A DNA stretch of 64,000 nt from Candidatus Moraniibacteriota bacterium. Lineage in GTDB: Bacteria > Patescibacteriota > Minisyncoccia > Moranbacterales > UBA1568. Shown here piece after piece: positions 19,284-30,351 of this stretch. The translations under genes and the position numbers were made by a program. Below the pieces are notes generated by a model. That model did no database searches. It saw nothing but the letters and a program-made list of their open reading frames with translations, and was not told the origin of the DNA. The stretch lies in contig JAQTYF010000001.1 of assembly GCA_028688415.1 (NCBI GenBank), positions 464,627 through 528,626 on the forward strand. Direction: 5' to 3'. Numbering within the stretch: position 1 is the first letter of the stretch; each line of letters starts with the position of its first letter.

Positions 19284-19571
19284 TTAGAAAACTGATTTTA
19301 CTTTGACAAATCCATCTTTTTTCGCTGGAACATTGTTCATAATATGTGTTCTTCCAGTATCACCAAAATCTTCACATACATCACTTCGCATCACATCTGT
19401 CCTCCCGGTGATATGTCCGATAGGGACGACGTCATCTGTCGGAAGCGTCTCGAGTTCACGGAAAAAATCAAAAACAGCCGACAAATCCTTCTGATATTTC
19501 GGTAATTCTTCCTCTGTCAGTCCGATACGACTGAGGAGTGCCACTTTTTTTACTTCTTCTTCGGTCAACAT
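19284..19571 (-). CDS. gatC: Glu-tRNA(Gln) amidotransferase subunit C
   Basis: 95 aa; LTEEEVKKVALLSRIGLTEEEL. Confidence 0.85.
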   Translation of the reverse strand: MLTEEEVKKVALLSRIGLTEEELPKYQKDLSAVFDFFRELETLPTDDVVPIGHITGRTDVMRSDVCEDFGDTGRTHIMNNVPAKKDGFVKVKSVF

Positions 19572-19688
19572 AATTCTGAAATAATTTTCAATTTCTAATT
19601 TTCAATTTTCAAACAATGATACAATTCTCCAGTTTCGAAATTAATTCATTAAAAATTGTTTAGAAATTAAAAATTGTAAATTGAAAAT

Positions 19689-21845
19689 TTACGTTTCTAA
19701 TAATTTCTTTAACTCGTCTTCATTGAGAATATTTATACCGAGCTTCTTTGCATTGACATATTTGCTTCCTGGATTCTCCCCTGCCACGACATAGTCTGTT
19801 TTTCGACTGACCGTAGACGAGACTGTTCCTCCTTTTTCTTTAATAATAGCCTTCAACTCATCTCTTGTAAAGGAAGCGAGTTCTCCTGTCAGAACAAATA
19901 CTTTCCCAGAAAAAATCTGTGTCGAGAGATCGTGTTTTTCTGGCACAACGATCTCGACTTCTTGCTCTCTCAGTGTTTCCAAGAGTTCTTGATTCCTTGT
20001 ATCACCGAACCATTCTACGAGACTCTGAGCACTTTTGATTCCGATACCGTCTACCGACAACCATGCCTCTTCTGTTATCTCAGGAAAATATTTGATAATA
20101 TCTGAAAGGTTTTTGATTTGAAAATGCAAAGACTGTTTCATCGTAGCATCGACAATGAGATTTGCCGTCTCTTCTCCGACATAACGTATACCGAGTGCGA
20201 AGAGCAATTTATCAAATGGTACTTGCTTGGCATTCTGTATCGCTCGTGCCAGCTTCTCTGCTGATTTGTCCCCAAAACGTTCGAGCGGTGAGAGATCTCC
20301 TGCGGTCAGAGAAAAAATATCACCGATGTTTTTGATGAGACCTTCTTGCAAGAGCACTTCGACAATTTTTTCTCCCAAACCGACAATATTCAATCCTTTC
20401 TTCGAAACACTGTGGATAATTTGTTCTCGCTCGATAGCAAAACAGCGTGGATTCGTACAATACAGAGCAGCACTCATATCATTCGTTCCCATCACCATAC
20501 GTTCCACTCTACTTTCACATATCGGACATTTTTCTGGTGCGACGATTATTGTTTCCTTCCCAGTACGGAGACTCTCTATCACCGAAACAATTTCTGGGAT
20601 GATATCTCCAGCTTTTTGGATGATCACGGTATCACCGATACGCACACCCAGGCGATCAATCTCATCGAAATTATGGAGTGTCGCCCGACTCACGACTGAT
20701 CCTGCGACACGAACTGGTCTCAGATGTGCGACTGGAGTGAGTGCACCTGTCCGTCCGATCTGTACCTGTACATCTTGGATAATCGTCGTCGCTTGCTCGG
20801 CAGGAAATTTGTATGCGACACCAAACCGTGGTGATTTCCCACGATAACCGAGAGCGTCCTGCAGATTCTTGGCATTCACTTTGATGACAATACCATCGAG
20901 CGCGTACGGAACGCTCTCTCGTTTTATATTCCACTCTTCGTAATACGCTTCGACATCTGCCGTTGTCTGGCATACTCGATATTCTCTATTCACATGAAAT
21001 CCGAGTTCTTGCAAAAGTAAGAGTTCTGCTTCCTGTGTCTTGGGAAACGGTATTCCTATTATTGCATCGATATCATAGACAAAGGCATCGAGTTTCCGTC
21101 CTGCGATCACTCGTGAATCGAGCTGACGAAGAGACCCTGCTGCCGCATTACGAGGATTGGCAAACAGTGGCTCATCTTTTGCTCTGCGTTCGTTATTGAT
21201 ACGGATGAGCTCATCTTTAGAGAGCCACACCTCACCAACAACCGTGATATCGATCGGGCGAGTGAGTGTGAGTGGTATATGTTCGATCGTTCGCAAGTTG
21301 GCTGTCACATCTTCTCCTATCTCCCCGTCTCCGCGTGTCGCTCCTCGAACCAATATTCCCTTCTCATAGGTGAGGACTGCTTTCAATCCATCGATTTTCA
21401 ATTCACAGACATACTGAGGAACAGAATTTCTAATTTCCAACCCGTCTGTCGAACGGACAGGTTTCCAATTTCTAACTTCCTTATTCAAAAAACGCTTGAT
21501 ACGCTCATCCCAAGCCCTAAGTTCCGCAAAATCAAAAACATCATCGAACGACCATTGTCTGTTCTGATGTTTCACTTTTTGAAAGGAGGTGAGAGGCTCT
21601 GCTCCGACTCTCTCTGTCGGACTATTGGTACGTTTCAGTGATGGAAACGCTTGTTCGAGAGTAGCGAGCTCTGACAAGAGAGAATCGTACGCTTCATCAG
21701 AAATCGTCGGTTGATCGAGCGTGTGATAGAGACGCCGATGTCGTTCGATTTCCTGCGAGAGATTGTGTATGCGAAGGAGAGCTTCTTTCTGAGTTATTTT
21801 TCGTATCATAGCTCCAGTATACCCCAGTATCAGGAGAAAATCCAT
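19689..21845 (-). CDS. ligA: NAD-dependent DNA ligase
   Basis: KIDGLK adenylation motif, OB fold, zinc finger, HhH and a C-terminal BRCT. The start may be the internal Met at about 21809. Confidence 0.9.
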   Translation of the reverse strand: MDFLLILGYTGAMIRKITQKEALLRIHNLSQEIERHRRLYHTLDQPTISDEAYDSLLSELATLEQAFPSLKRTNSPTERVGAEPLTSFQKVKHQNRQWSFDDVFDFAELRAWDERIKRFLNKEVRNWKPVRSTDGLEIRNSVPQYVCELKIDGLKAVLTYEKGILVRGATRGDGEIGEDVTANLRTIEHIPLTLTRPIDITVVGEVWLSKDELIRINNERRAKDEPLFANPRNAAAGSLRQLDSRVIAGRKLDAFVYDIDAIIGIPFPKTQEAELLLLQELGFHVNREYRVCQTTADVEAYYEEWNIKRESVPYALDGIVIKVNAKNLQDALGYRGKSPRFGVAYKFPAEQATTIIQDVQVQIGRTGALTPVAHLRPVRVAGSVVSRATLHNFDEIDRLGVRIGDTVIIQKAGDIIPEIVSVIESLRTGKETIIVAPEKCPICESRVERMVMGTNDMSAALYCTNPRCFAIEREQIIHSVSKKGLNIVGLGEKIVEVLLQEGLIKNIGDIFSLTAGDLSPLERFGDKSAEKLARAIQNAKQVPFDKLLFALGIRYVGEETANLIVDATMKQSLHFQIKNLSDIIKYFPEITEEAWLSVDGIGIKSAQSLVEWFGDTRNQELLETLREQEVEIVVPEKHDLSTQIFSGKVFVLTGELASFTRDELKAIIKEKGGTVSSTVSRKTDYVVAGENPGSKYVNAKKLGINILNEDELKKLLET

Positions 21846-21855
21846 CGTGTGTCGC

Positions 21856-22413
21856 CTAGTTCTGCACTCCGCTTATCTGATAATCTCGGAGAGAAACTGT
21901 CGTCTGGAGATGTGTCGGAGCAGCCTGACCTGAGTCAACAAAAAGAGAAATGGTCACCTTGCCAACTCTTGGAGAGTTGCTTGATCGTCGAACATAAAAA
22001 CGACCCCTTGTGATATGGCTGACAATAGAAGTGCTTGTACTATAGCCTCCTCCGTTACAATTACCAAGAGTCGTCCCTGGTTTACTCCGTACACTCAGTG
22101 TTCCTGCGTCTGCACTTATCGTATACCTAAAACAGAGCTTTTGAGAATAATCAAAAAATCTTATACTCGTATTATTGCCATTCAAAGTCGAATTAGAGAC
22201 AGATGCTGTACGAAGCTCCTTGGCCATTGTGTTCAATGCAAACTGAGCCGATTCAATATCGGACTGCAAGCGTTTCTGCTCACGATACCCGACGAATGCT
22301 CGTGTGAAAATCTGTGAAGTCGCCCCGATAACGAGAGTAAAAATAAACATCGCTACAAGCATTTCTACGAGCGAGAATCCTCGATATGGTTTTGTTAGAA
22401 ACATCTTTCTCAT
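21856..22413 (-). CDS. Prepilin-type N-terminal cleavage/methylation domain protein (pseudopilin)
   Basis: RGFSLVEMLVAMFIF class III signal peptide. Confidence 0.7.
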   Translation of the reverse strand: MRKMFLTKPYRGFSLVEMLVAMFIFTLVIGATSQIFTRAFVGYREQKRLQSDIESAQFALNTMAKELRTASVSNSTLNGNNTSIRFFDYSQKLCFRYTISADAGTLSVRSKPGTTLGNCNGGGYSTSTSIVSHITRGRFYVRRSSNSPRVGKVTISLFVDSGQAAPTHLQTTVSLRDYQISGVQN

Positions 22414-22416
22414 ACG

Positions 22417-23025
22417 TTATGGTCTCCAATTATTGAGTGTTATTTTTGTATAAACACATTTCTTGAGCATGGTACAGTCTGTTATATTTCCATTATTCCC
22501 ATTTGCTGCCTGAAACATACCTGTCTGATTATATCCCCAATAGACGAAACTCGTCACGTCAGCAGATTCTGATCCTACTGTACTGTCTGTAAAGTTGATA
22601 TATATGTATCGATAGAATTTCCCATTTGCGTTATGAAGAAAAAAACCATCGTTATTTGTCTGGAGAGAATATTTGGTTTCTGGATTGATAGTAGTATCAT
22701 GATTCAAATTATCATTATACTGATCATCGTAATCGATATAATAATGTGGCTCTGTATTATCTTTACTGAAATGAGCAAAAACATCAGTCTGGTCTTGCAC
22801 AAACCCATTATCACGTACATTGCGTATGAGCTCGGCCCCTTCCTGAGCGAGGAGGGTTGCAGTGATGATATTTCGGCTCTCGATCGACTCACGAAGACTG
22901 TTTGCGATGAGACTCACAACCGTGAGAATACCCATAGAGAGAACAAACAAAGCAAGAATCACTTCGGGAAGGAGAAATCCTCTCGTCAATCGTTGTTTTT
23001 TTTGTATTTGTATTTGCTCTGACAT
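22417..23025 (-). CDS. Pseudopilin / minor pilin
   Basis: TRGFLLPEVILALFVL prepilin N-terminus. Confidence 0.7.
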   Translation of the reverse strand: MSEQIQIQKKQRLTRGFLLPEVILALFVLSMGILTVVSLIANSLRESIESRNIITATLLAQEGAELIRNVRDNGFVQDQTDVFAHFSKDNTEPHYYIDYDDQYNDNLNHDTTINPETKYSLQTNNDGFFLHNANGKFYRYIYINFTDSTVGSESADVTSFVYWGYNQTGMFQAANGNNGNITDCTMLKKCVYTKITLNNWRP

Positions 23026-23038
23026 ACTCCTAGGAGTT

Positions 23039-23533
23039 TTATGGACACGATGACTTATCCTCTATCTTCCCGTCAGCAGAGACACAGACATAATAACGAT
23101 TGTCTCCCTTGGAAAATATCACAGCACCTACTGATGATGGCACTCCTCGTGGCAGGACGAATGTGATAGAAGATGTCCCGCTTAGCCCCACACCATTTTT
23201 CAGCGTGTATGTAGTGATAAGCTCAGCTGTTCCAGTCCCACAGGCAATAGCAGACAATGTATATTGAGTACTAGAAATCTGAGATACCAAAAAAGAGCAG
23301 GTATTGGTACCAGCTACATTCGCTTGTTTGCCTGTCAGAGCATAATTCTGAGCTTCACGGACGACGCTCGCAAACTCTCGCGCATTGGTCTCGAGCTCTC
23401 GCTGTGTCTTGGCACCGCTATTTATCCCGCTTATTGCTACCGAAGTCAGGATAGAAACAATAGCTATCGTCACGATCACTTCTATCAATGTGAATCCTGA
23501 CCATCTCTGCGTATGAGCACCAGCATTCTGCAT
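23039..23533 (-). CDS. Pseudopilin / minor pilin
   Basis: SGFTLIEVIVTIAIVSIL prepilin N-terminus. Confidence 0.7.
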   Translation of the reverse strand: MQNAGAHTQRWSGFTLIEVIVTIAIVSILTSVAISGINSGAKTQRELETNAREFASVVREAQNYALTGKQANVAGTNTCSFLVSQISSTQYTLSAIACGTGTAELITTYTLKNGVGLSGTSSITFVLPRGVPSSVGAVIFSKGDNRYYVCVSADGKIEDKSSCP

Positions 23534-23595
23534 AATATTACGTTCAAAAATATTTTTATTTTCTTTTTCTGCTCTTCTATTCTATCAGAAAACCA

Positions 23596-24384
23596 CTAAA
23601 TCACAAACAATGAAAAGAAAGGGAAAAACTTGGCACTAAAAAGAATGAGTATGATTCCTGCGGTGAGGAATGGAGCAAACGGTATCTGACTCTTCATCCC
23701 CTTCTTCTGGAGCGCAATAGCGACGAGACCGACGAGCGCCCCGAGACCAAACGATAATGTGAGCATCGGAAGAACGAGTGGCAATCCGACGATGAGTCCC
23801 GCGACCGCACCGAGCCACACATCTCCCCATCCCATCCATGTCTCGTGCGACATCCACACAAGAAGGAAGAAGAATCCCCCGATGACGAATGCACCGAGAA
23901 GCCCGTACCAGAGCGATGAAGCGAGGAACGCCTCTCCCGAAAGGAGAAATGTCTGCACGAGATAGAGAAGTGTGGCGACCGCACTCACACCAAGTACTAT
24001 CATCGGTATTTCCATAAAACGGAGATCATACGCTCCGATGACGAGGAGACAACTCACCGTCACAACAAGCCAGAGCGTTTCAGAGAGAGCTGATCCGACG
24101 AGCGGGTCGAAGAACAGATATCCGATCAGACCAAATACAATACCCGTCAGAAGCTCGAGAGCAGGATACTGCCAAGAAATCCGCGTTTCACAGTCTCGGC
24201 ACGAGCCACGGAGTACAATGAAACTCACGAGAGGAATGTTGTCATACCAGCGTATCTGATGTTTGCACTGGCGACAAAACGACCGTCCCATGAGCGTCTC
24301 GGCATCTCGCAATCGATACACAAGCACATTGAGAAAGCTCCCGATGATGAGTCCAAAAACAAAAAAGATGAAGAAAAAATTCAT
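23596..24384 (-). CDS. pilD: Prepilin peptidase (A24 family)
   Basis: Polytopic membrane protein with an N-terminal CxxC...CxxC zinc-binding region (CRQCKH...CRDCE). Confidence 0.85.
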   Translation of the reverse strand: MNFFFIFFVFGLIIGSFLNVLVYRLRDAETLMGRSFCRQCKHQIRWYDNIPLVSFIVLRGSCRDCETRISWQYPALELLTGIVFGLIGYLFFDPLVGSALSETLWLVVTVSCLLVIGAYDLRFMEIPMIVLGVSAVATLLYLVQTFLLSGEAFLASSLWYGLLGAFVIGGFFFLLVWMSHETWMGWGDVWLGAVAGLIVGLPLVLPMLTLSFGLGALVGLVAIALQKKGMKSQIPFAPFLTAGIILILFSAKFFPFFSLFVI

Positions 24385-24570
24385 AGGAAATATTTAATAT
24401 CATTATTTATTCTCAGTATATCACTGAAATAATATCAATGATATAGAGAACGTCCTTAGTCTTCTTTATTCTTGGACGACGTATTACATTTTGAACATAA
24501 AAGATTCTACTCAATAAATGTGCTAAGATCATTTCTTTCTTTTTATATCTTATATCATCATATTATAGAT

Positions 24571-24610
24571 AAAAAAAACAGCCCATCATAGATGGGACTG
24601 TTCTAAAAAA
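24571..24610. terminator. Rho-independent terminator downstream of the pilin gene
   Basis: aaaaaaaacagcccatcatagatgggactgttctaaaaaa: a GC stem flanked by A and T runs. Confidence 0.6.
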
Positions 24611-24622
24611 GTGCTCGATTTT

Positions 24623-25006
24623 TTAACAAGCATTTGTGTATGTGATGCCTGTATTGGTAATATGCGTCAATCCACAAGCCGTATTCACGGCCGATACAAC
24701 TGGAGAAACGGTAACATCAAAAACACCACTACCACTCACGCCACAATCAGCTGTAGAACCACCTGTGACTATGACCCCTACGGTATGATTCGAAGTTACT
24801 GGAAGATTAGCGGCTGTTAAAACAGCGGTATCACATGCAATAGTTAATCCAGGAATAGCTCCTGATACTTCTGATTTGAAAGATGCTACTTGAGCTTTGA
24901 CACGAGCTCCAGACAAACTCACCAACACAACTGAGGCGAGAATACCAATGATGGCAATAACGATGAGGAGTTCGATAAGGGTAAAACCCTTCAATACTTT
25001 TTTCAT
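24623..25006 (-). CDS. Type IV pilin (PilA-like), paralog 1
   Basis: [24 protein letters not shown]-terminus; 127 aa; C-terminal Cys pair. Confidence 0.8.
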   Translation of the reverse strand: MKKVLKGFTLIELLIVIAIIGILASVVLVSLSGARVKAQVASFKSEVSGAIPGLTIACDTAVLTAANLPVTSNHTVGVIVTGGSTADCGVSGSGVFDVTVSPVVSAVNTACGLTHITNTGITYTNAC

Positions 25007-25033
25007 ACAATTACTTTTATTTTTTAGATATAC

Positions 25034-25414
25034 TTATGGACAATTGGTAAAATCAGGACCACTTCCTGTGGTGTTGACATTGATATCTGCGCCTGTGCAA
25101 CCGGTAAGAGTAGCAAAAGGAGCGATACCTGTAATCGTAATTTGTCCATCGCCTGTAGGCCCACAATCGTTGAGATCAATTGAGGCTCCTGCCCAGTTTG
25201 TTGTAGCAGTATCAGCAGGTAGAGCAATCAATGCATCATCACAAGCAGAAATAAAACCAGGAACAGCTCCAGTCACTTCTGATTTGAAAGATGCCTTCTG
25301 AGCCTTTGCTCTTGCTCCAGACAAGCTCACCAACACAACTGAGGCGAGAATACCAATGATGGCAATAACGATGAGGAGTTCGATAAGGGTAAAACCCTTC
25401 TTTATATTTTTCAT
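25034..25414 (-). CDS. Type IV pilin (PilA-like), paralog 2
   Basis: Same N-terminal 36 aa as paralog 1, with a divergent C-terminal globular domain. Confidence 0.8.
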   Translation of the reverse strand: MKNIKKGFTLIELLIVIAIIGILASVVLVSLSGARAKAQKASFKSEVTGAVPGFISACDDALIALPADTATTNWAGASIDLNDCGPTGDGQITITGIAPFATLTGCTGADINVNTTGSGPDFTNCP

Positions 25415-25546
25415 ATTCTCACCTCCTTTCTTTTTATGTTTTTATTTTTTGTGTGAAATTTTTCATTCATACACTTGTTTTCAGTATACATTTTTTCGGA
25501 AATATTGTAAACCCACACACCAATCATATTTCAATTTTGTCAACCC

Positions 25547-26755
25547 TTACAATTGACCAGCGACATTGTAGATCGGCATGAGCACACCGACAACCAATAT
25601 ACCGACACCGATACCGAGGAGCACGATCATTACTGGTTCCATCAGTGAGGTGAGGTTCTTGGTCGTCGTATCTACTTCTTGGTTATAGAATGTTCCGACG
25701 CTATTCAATACCTGTGGGAGTGTTCCTGATTCTTCACCGATACGGATCATTTGAGCGACGATCATCGGCATATCTCTCGCTTGCAAGAAAGAAGTACTCA
25801 TCGATCCTCCTACTTTGACATCTTCGGCTGCTTTGAGAATCATCTCTTTGTATACATGATTCCCGACGACATCTGCGACGATGATGAGCGATCGTACGAC
25901 AGGGATACCACTCACGAGGAGAGCACTCAGGTTCTCTGCAAAACGGGTGATATAGATATTACGAAGGAGTCCTCCTACTACAGGAATCTTGAGGGCGATG
26001 ATCTGCCACTCATATTTCCCTTCATCGGTCTTCAGATAGTACACGATACCGCCTATGAGAGCTGCAATAAGGAAAAGAGTCCCTATCCAATACTCGCTCA
26101 TAAAGTCTCCGAAATTGATGAGTACCTTGGTATACCATGGAATAGGAACGTTGAGATCCTTGATCATCACGGTGATTTTCGGGAGGATGAATGTCACGAC
26201 GAGAAATCCGACGATGAACGCAAAAGAAAGAACGAAGGCTGGATAGTACAGAGCACTCTTTATCTTGGACGTGAGCTCATAATTTTTCTGGATACTCTGA
26301 GCGACAAACTCGAGAGACTGTCGCAGGTTGCCCGATACTTCTCCGGCACGGATCATACTGACTGTGAGTGAAGAAAAGACGTCCTCATGTTTTCCGAGAG
26401 CGTCAGAGAACGACGCACCATCCTTGATATCATTACCGATTTCGTTGATGATAATTCGCAAATACTGATTTTCTGATTGTTCACCGATAGTTTGGAGAGA
26501 GAGGACAATGGAAACGCGTGCCTCGACGAGTGTCGCCAACTGACGAAAGAAAATCATCAATTCCTTCTGACTGACACCGTTCAACATTTTTGCAAAATTT
26601 TTCCCGAAAAAATCAACGGTTTTGTCCTCTGCAATCGTGATTGGTGTATACCCATTCTTCTCGAGAATCTTGGCAGCGAGATCCTGACTGATCGCTTCGA
26701 TCACCCCTTCACGTATCTGCCCTGCATCGTTCTTGGCTTTGAATAAAAATTTCAT
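25547..26755 (-). CDS. pilC: Type IV pilus assembly platform protein PilC (GspF family)
   Basis: 402 aa with two GspF repeats and 3 TM segments. Confidence 0.9.
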   Translation of the reverse strand: MKFLFKAKNDAGQIREGVIEAISQDLAAKILEKNGYTPITIAEDKTVDFFGKNFAKMLNGVSQKELMIFFRQLATLVEARVSIVLSLQTIGEQSENQYLRIIINEIGNDIKDGASFSDALGKHEDVFSSLTVSMIRAGEVSGNLRQSLEFVAQSIQKNYELTSKIKSALYYPAFVLSFAFIVGFLVVTFILPKITVMIKDLNVPIPWYTKVLINFGDFMSEYWIGTLFLIAALIGGIVYYLKTDEGKYEWQIIALKIPVVGGLLRNIYITRFAENLSALLVSGIPVVRSLIIVADVVGNHVYKEMILKAAEDVKVGGSMSTSFLQARDMPMIVAQMIRIGEESGTLPQVLNSVGTFYNQEVDTTTKNLTSLMEPVMIVLLGIGVGILVVGVLMPIYNVAGQL

Positions 26756-26795
26756 ATACTCGTGCTTAGTATTTTAATAACAACACAACTTCTTT

Positions 26796-27875
26796 CTATT
26801 CTTTACTCATAAGCATCTGGAGATAATCACGATTCTTCGCAAAAGAGAAGGCATCATCCACACTGATCAACCCTTTTCTCACATAATCAGCCAAAACACG
26901 ATCGAGTGATATCATCCCCTCTTTCAGTCCTGTTTCGATCACTGAGTCGATCTGATTGATCTTGTTCTCGCGTATGAGGTTTTCTACTGCATGGTTCCTA
27001 AACATCAGTTCTACGGCAGGTATACGTCCACCGCCGATACGAGGGATCAATCGTTGTGAGACAACACCGAGAAGCACACTCGCCAACTGGAAACGAATCT
27101 GGTTCTGCTGGTGTGATGGGAAAACGTCGATAATACGATCGATGGTCTGTGTACTGTCATTGGTATGGAGAGTTGCAAAGATGAGGTGTCCTGTCTCGGC
27201 AGCGGTCATCGCAGTACTGATGGTTTCGAGATCACGGAGCTCACCGAGGAGTACTACGTTCACGTCTTCACGAAAAATAGCTCGGAGTGCATCGGGAAAA
27301 CTCTTGGCATCACGTCCGATCTCACGCTGGTTGATGATACATCGGTCCTGATTATAGACAAACTCGATCGGGTCTTCGATAGTGACGATGTGTTTTTCTT
27401 GATTGTGATTGATATAATCAATGAGAGCAGCGAGTGTCGTCGATTTACCATGGCCGACTGGACCCGTGATGAGCACCAACCCTTGGGAATACTTGGCAAA
27501 TTCGTAGAGAGACTCTGGGATACTCAATTCTTCGAGGTTACGCAATCGATCCATCACGAACCGCATGGTAATACTGATATATCCTTTCTGAAGAAAGACG
27601 TTCGTACGAAAACGGATCGTGTCATCGAGACTATAGGAAAAGTCTGTCTGTCCGAGAGAGACGAGCTCTTGTTTTTTTTCTTCGGTCAAGAGAATTCCAC
27701 TCAGTGCCTTGGTATCAGCAGGAGTCAGGATGGTCTCTTCTCCGACTGGACGGAGTTTGCCATCGATACGAAATGTCGGGTAACGACCGACCACAAGATG
27801 TAAATCAGAAGCTCCCTGCTGACCCATCAGGAGGAGAAGTTTCTTCAATCGTTGTTCTACGTCTAGAGTATCCAT
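26796..27875 (-). CDS. pilT: Type IV pilus retraction ATPase PilT
   Basis: 359 aa; Walker A GPVGHGKSTT, Asp box, His box LHTNDST. Confidence 0.85.
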   Translation of the reverse strand: MDTLDVEQRLKKLLLLMGQQGASDLHLVVGRYPTFRIDGKLRPVGEETILTPADTKALSGILLTEEKKQELVSLGQTDFSYSLDDTIRFRTNVFLQKGYISITMRFVMDRLRNLEELSIPESLYEFAKYSQGLVLITGPVGHGKSTTLAALIDYINHNQEKHIVTIEDPIEFVYNQDRCIINQREIGRDAKSFPDALRAIFREDVNVVLLGELRDLETISTAMTAAETGHLIFATLHTNDSTQTIDRIIDVFPSHQQNQIRFQLASVLLGVVSQRLIPRIGGGRIPAVELMFRNHAVENLIRENKINQIDSVIETGLKEGMISLDRVLADYVRKGLISVDDAFSFAKNRDYLQMLMSKE

Positions 27876-27917
27876 TTTTTTATTTTTTATCAGATATCAC
27901 GTTGTTTTCTTTTGTCT

Positions 27918-29588
27918 CTATTCTTCATCGACGAGAATCGATCCCTGTGTCACGCGTTCGATTTCTTCGAGTGAAGTGATTTTTTTGAGAGCCACGAGGA
28001 TACCATTCTGTTTCATCGTTGTCATACCCTGATTGATAGCTGCTTGTCGCGTCTCCCCTTCATTTCCTTTTTTATCAGAGATGATCGCACGCATTATATT
28101 GTCTACTTCTATAACCTCATAAATAGCGATACGTCCCTTGTATCCGGATTGGTTGCATTTTTCACACCCTTTTCCTCTCGCGAATACCATTTCTTGCTTT
28201 TTATCGAAACCGAATGCGACTATTTCCTCAAGAGGAATAGCTTCGAACAATTCTCGAATATACTTTTCTTGTTCTGGGGAAGGGAAAAACTCTTCTTTGC
28301 AGTGTTCGCACAGACGACGTACGAGGCGCTGAGCCGCCACGACTTGGAGGGCCGAGGCCAGGAGGAATGGTTCCATCCCCATATCGATCAGACGTGGAAT
28401 AGAACCTAGTGCATCATTCGTATGGAGCGTCGAAAAAACGAGGTGTCCTGTGAGAGCAGCGTGAATCACGAGTTCTGCCGTCTCCACATCACGGATTTCT
28501 CCCACCATGATCACGTTTGGATCTTGACGGAGGATAGATCGGAGTCCACTCGCAAACGTATAACCGATTTCTGGTTTGATCTGACTCTGATTGATTCCTT
28601 CAACATAGTATTCAACAGGATCTTCGAGAGTGACGATATTGCGATCTTCCTTATTCAAAGTTTGCAAAAAGGAATAGAGTGTTGTCGTCTTTCCTGAACC
28701 AGTCGGTCCAGTGAGGAGAACAACTCCGTATGGTTCTTGTATACGTTTTTCGAGAACAGTACGATTTCTTCCCCAAAGTCCGAGTTCTTCCATATCCGTC
28801 GAGTTCGCACTCTTGTCGAGAACACGCATCACGATTTTTTCTCCTTCGACAACAGGAAGACTGGATACACGTAAATCGATAGAGGTACCATCCTGTTTAT
28901 CGAATTGGAAACGACCATCTTGTGGTTTACGCTTCTCATCTATCTTGAGATTGGCCAGAATCTTGATACGAGCGATCACTGCCCGACCTATTTCTATAGG
29001 AAAAATAAGCTGTGACTGGAGGATACCGTCCACACGAAAACGAACACGAAAATTATTCTCGATAGGTTCGATATGGATATCGCTCGCTCTCCCGTCGATA
29101 GATTTTTGGACAATGGTTTCGACAAGGTTGGCAATAGGAGCATCCTGAAATCCTTCGACAGCAACACCTTCTCGACTCTGTCTGGCAGTCCCTTGAATAT
29201 TTTCATCTGCATTTTTTTTGAGAGAGACAATAGCATCTCTCAGTGCTATATCCGCACTCGTATAATATTTGGCAATTTCAGCAAAAATTTTCTTTGAAAC
29301 AAGTGTGATCTGTATAGTGATATGCTCTTTCTCGGCAAGAAAACGGAGTACATTCAAAGCCTCATAATCTTCCGGATCTACCATGGCGATAGAAAGTGCA
29401 GACTTGGTTTTCTTGAAGGGAACCATCTGATACCTTCTTGCAGTATCTTCGGGAATGAGAGCGAGGATTGTCTTGTCCAATTCTCTCGGAATAACAGACA
29501 GAAGAGCAATGCCGAGTTTTTTAGCACGTTCGGCGAGCTCTGTCTCTTCGACATCGAGTGTTTGTGATGTTGCTGTAGCTTCTGGCAT
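27918..29588 (-). CDS. pilB: Type IV pilus assembly ATPase PilB (GspE family)
   Basis: 556 aa; GPTGSGKTTT Walker A; tetracysteine CEHC...CEKC. Confidence 0.9.
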   Translation of the reverse strand: MPEATATSQTLDVEETELAERAKKLGIALLSVIPRELDKTILALIPEDTARRYQMVPFKKTKSALSIAMVDPEDYEALNVLRFLAEKEHITIQITLVSKKIFAEIAKYYTSADIALRDAIVSLKKNADENIQGTARQSREGVAVEGFQDAPIANLVETIVQKSIDGRASDIHIEPIENNFRVRFRVDGILQSQLIFPIEIGRAVIARIKILANLKIDEKRKPQDGRFQFDKQDGTSIDLRVSSLPVVEGEKIVMRVLDKSANSTDMEELGLWGRNRTVLEKRIQEPYGVVLLTGPTGSGKTTTLYSFLQTLNKEDRNIVTLEDPVEYYVEGINQSQIKPEIGYTFASGLRSILRQDPNVIMVGEIRDVETAELVIHAALTGHLVFSTLHTNDALGSIPRLIDMGMEPFLLASALQVVAAQRLVRRLCEHCKEEFFPSPEQEKYIRELFEAIPLEEIVAFGFDKKQEMVFARGKGCEKCNQSGYKGRIAIYEVIEVDNIMRAIISDKKGNEGETRQAAINQGMTTMKQNGILVALKKITSLEEIERVTQGSILVDEE

Positions 29589-29601
29589 AATAAACGCAGA
29601 T

Positions 29602-30342
29602 TTATTGGAAAGGATTTGGTTTGCCAGATGGCGTCTTCTGAAGGGCGGGAATATCAGTAATAAGACTCTTGAGAGTACTTATCTCAGCGAGTTTCAATTC
29701 ACCATTCGTAAAGAGAGGCATATCAAGAGCAGACGAAACAGTTTTTTTAGGAAGGAAACCATACACCACTGAAAAAGTACCTTTCAGGTTTCCTGATGCC
29801 ACCTCAGGAGATGTCGATTCTTTCTTTTCTTCTTCTATAGAAAAGAATTGCATCTCTTGGTAACGATTCATATGATTCATCAGAGCAAAAAATGTCTTGA
29901 TATTCTCATACGATCCATTCGCAGAACCAGTAAACGATATTTTCTTCGGTTGAAAAACCGTCTTCGGAGCGACGGAGGTATCATCGACAGGCAGACTGTC
30001 TTCTTCAAGAGTGGCATCTTTTGCAACTACTTCGACTTTCATATCTGAAATGTAGAGACCTCTCTGTGTCGCGAGAAAACTGAAAGCATCGATGAATTGC
30101 TCCTGATCCATCTTGAGAGGGAGATACTGAAAGAAAAAATCTTCCGTCTCTTTCTCTTGGTCGATCAGTTGATCAAATCGTGTGATATTTGACGATACAG
30201 CACTGGCAATAGCAAGTTTCTCGTCTACCGAAGCAATAGCGTCTCTTTTTGTCAGAATATCATCGAAAGAAGGCTTGATATAGAGAATGGCAACAATAAC
30301 CGAAAGGAGGAGGAAAAATGGGAGAAGAAGTATTTTGATCAT
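29602..30342 (-). CDS. pilO: PilO-like pilus assembly protein
   Basis: N-terminal TM plus coiled coil; positioned after pilN. Confidence 0.45.
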   Translation of the reverse strand: MIKILLLPFFLLLSVIVAILYIKPSFDDILTKRDAIASVDEKLAIASAVSSNITRFDQLIDQEKETEDFFFQYLPLKMDQEQFIDAFSFLATQRGLYISDMKVEVVAKDATLEEDSLPVDDTSVAPKTVFQPKKISFTGSANGSYENIKTFFALMNHMNRYQEMQFFSIEEEKKESTSPEVASGNLKGTFSVVYGFLPKKTVSSALDMPLFTNGELKLAEISTLKSLITDIPALQKTPSGKPNPFQ

Positions 30343-30351
30343 AGATATAAA

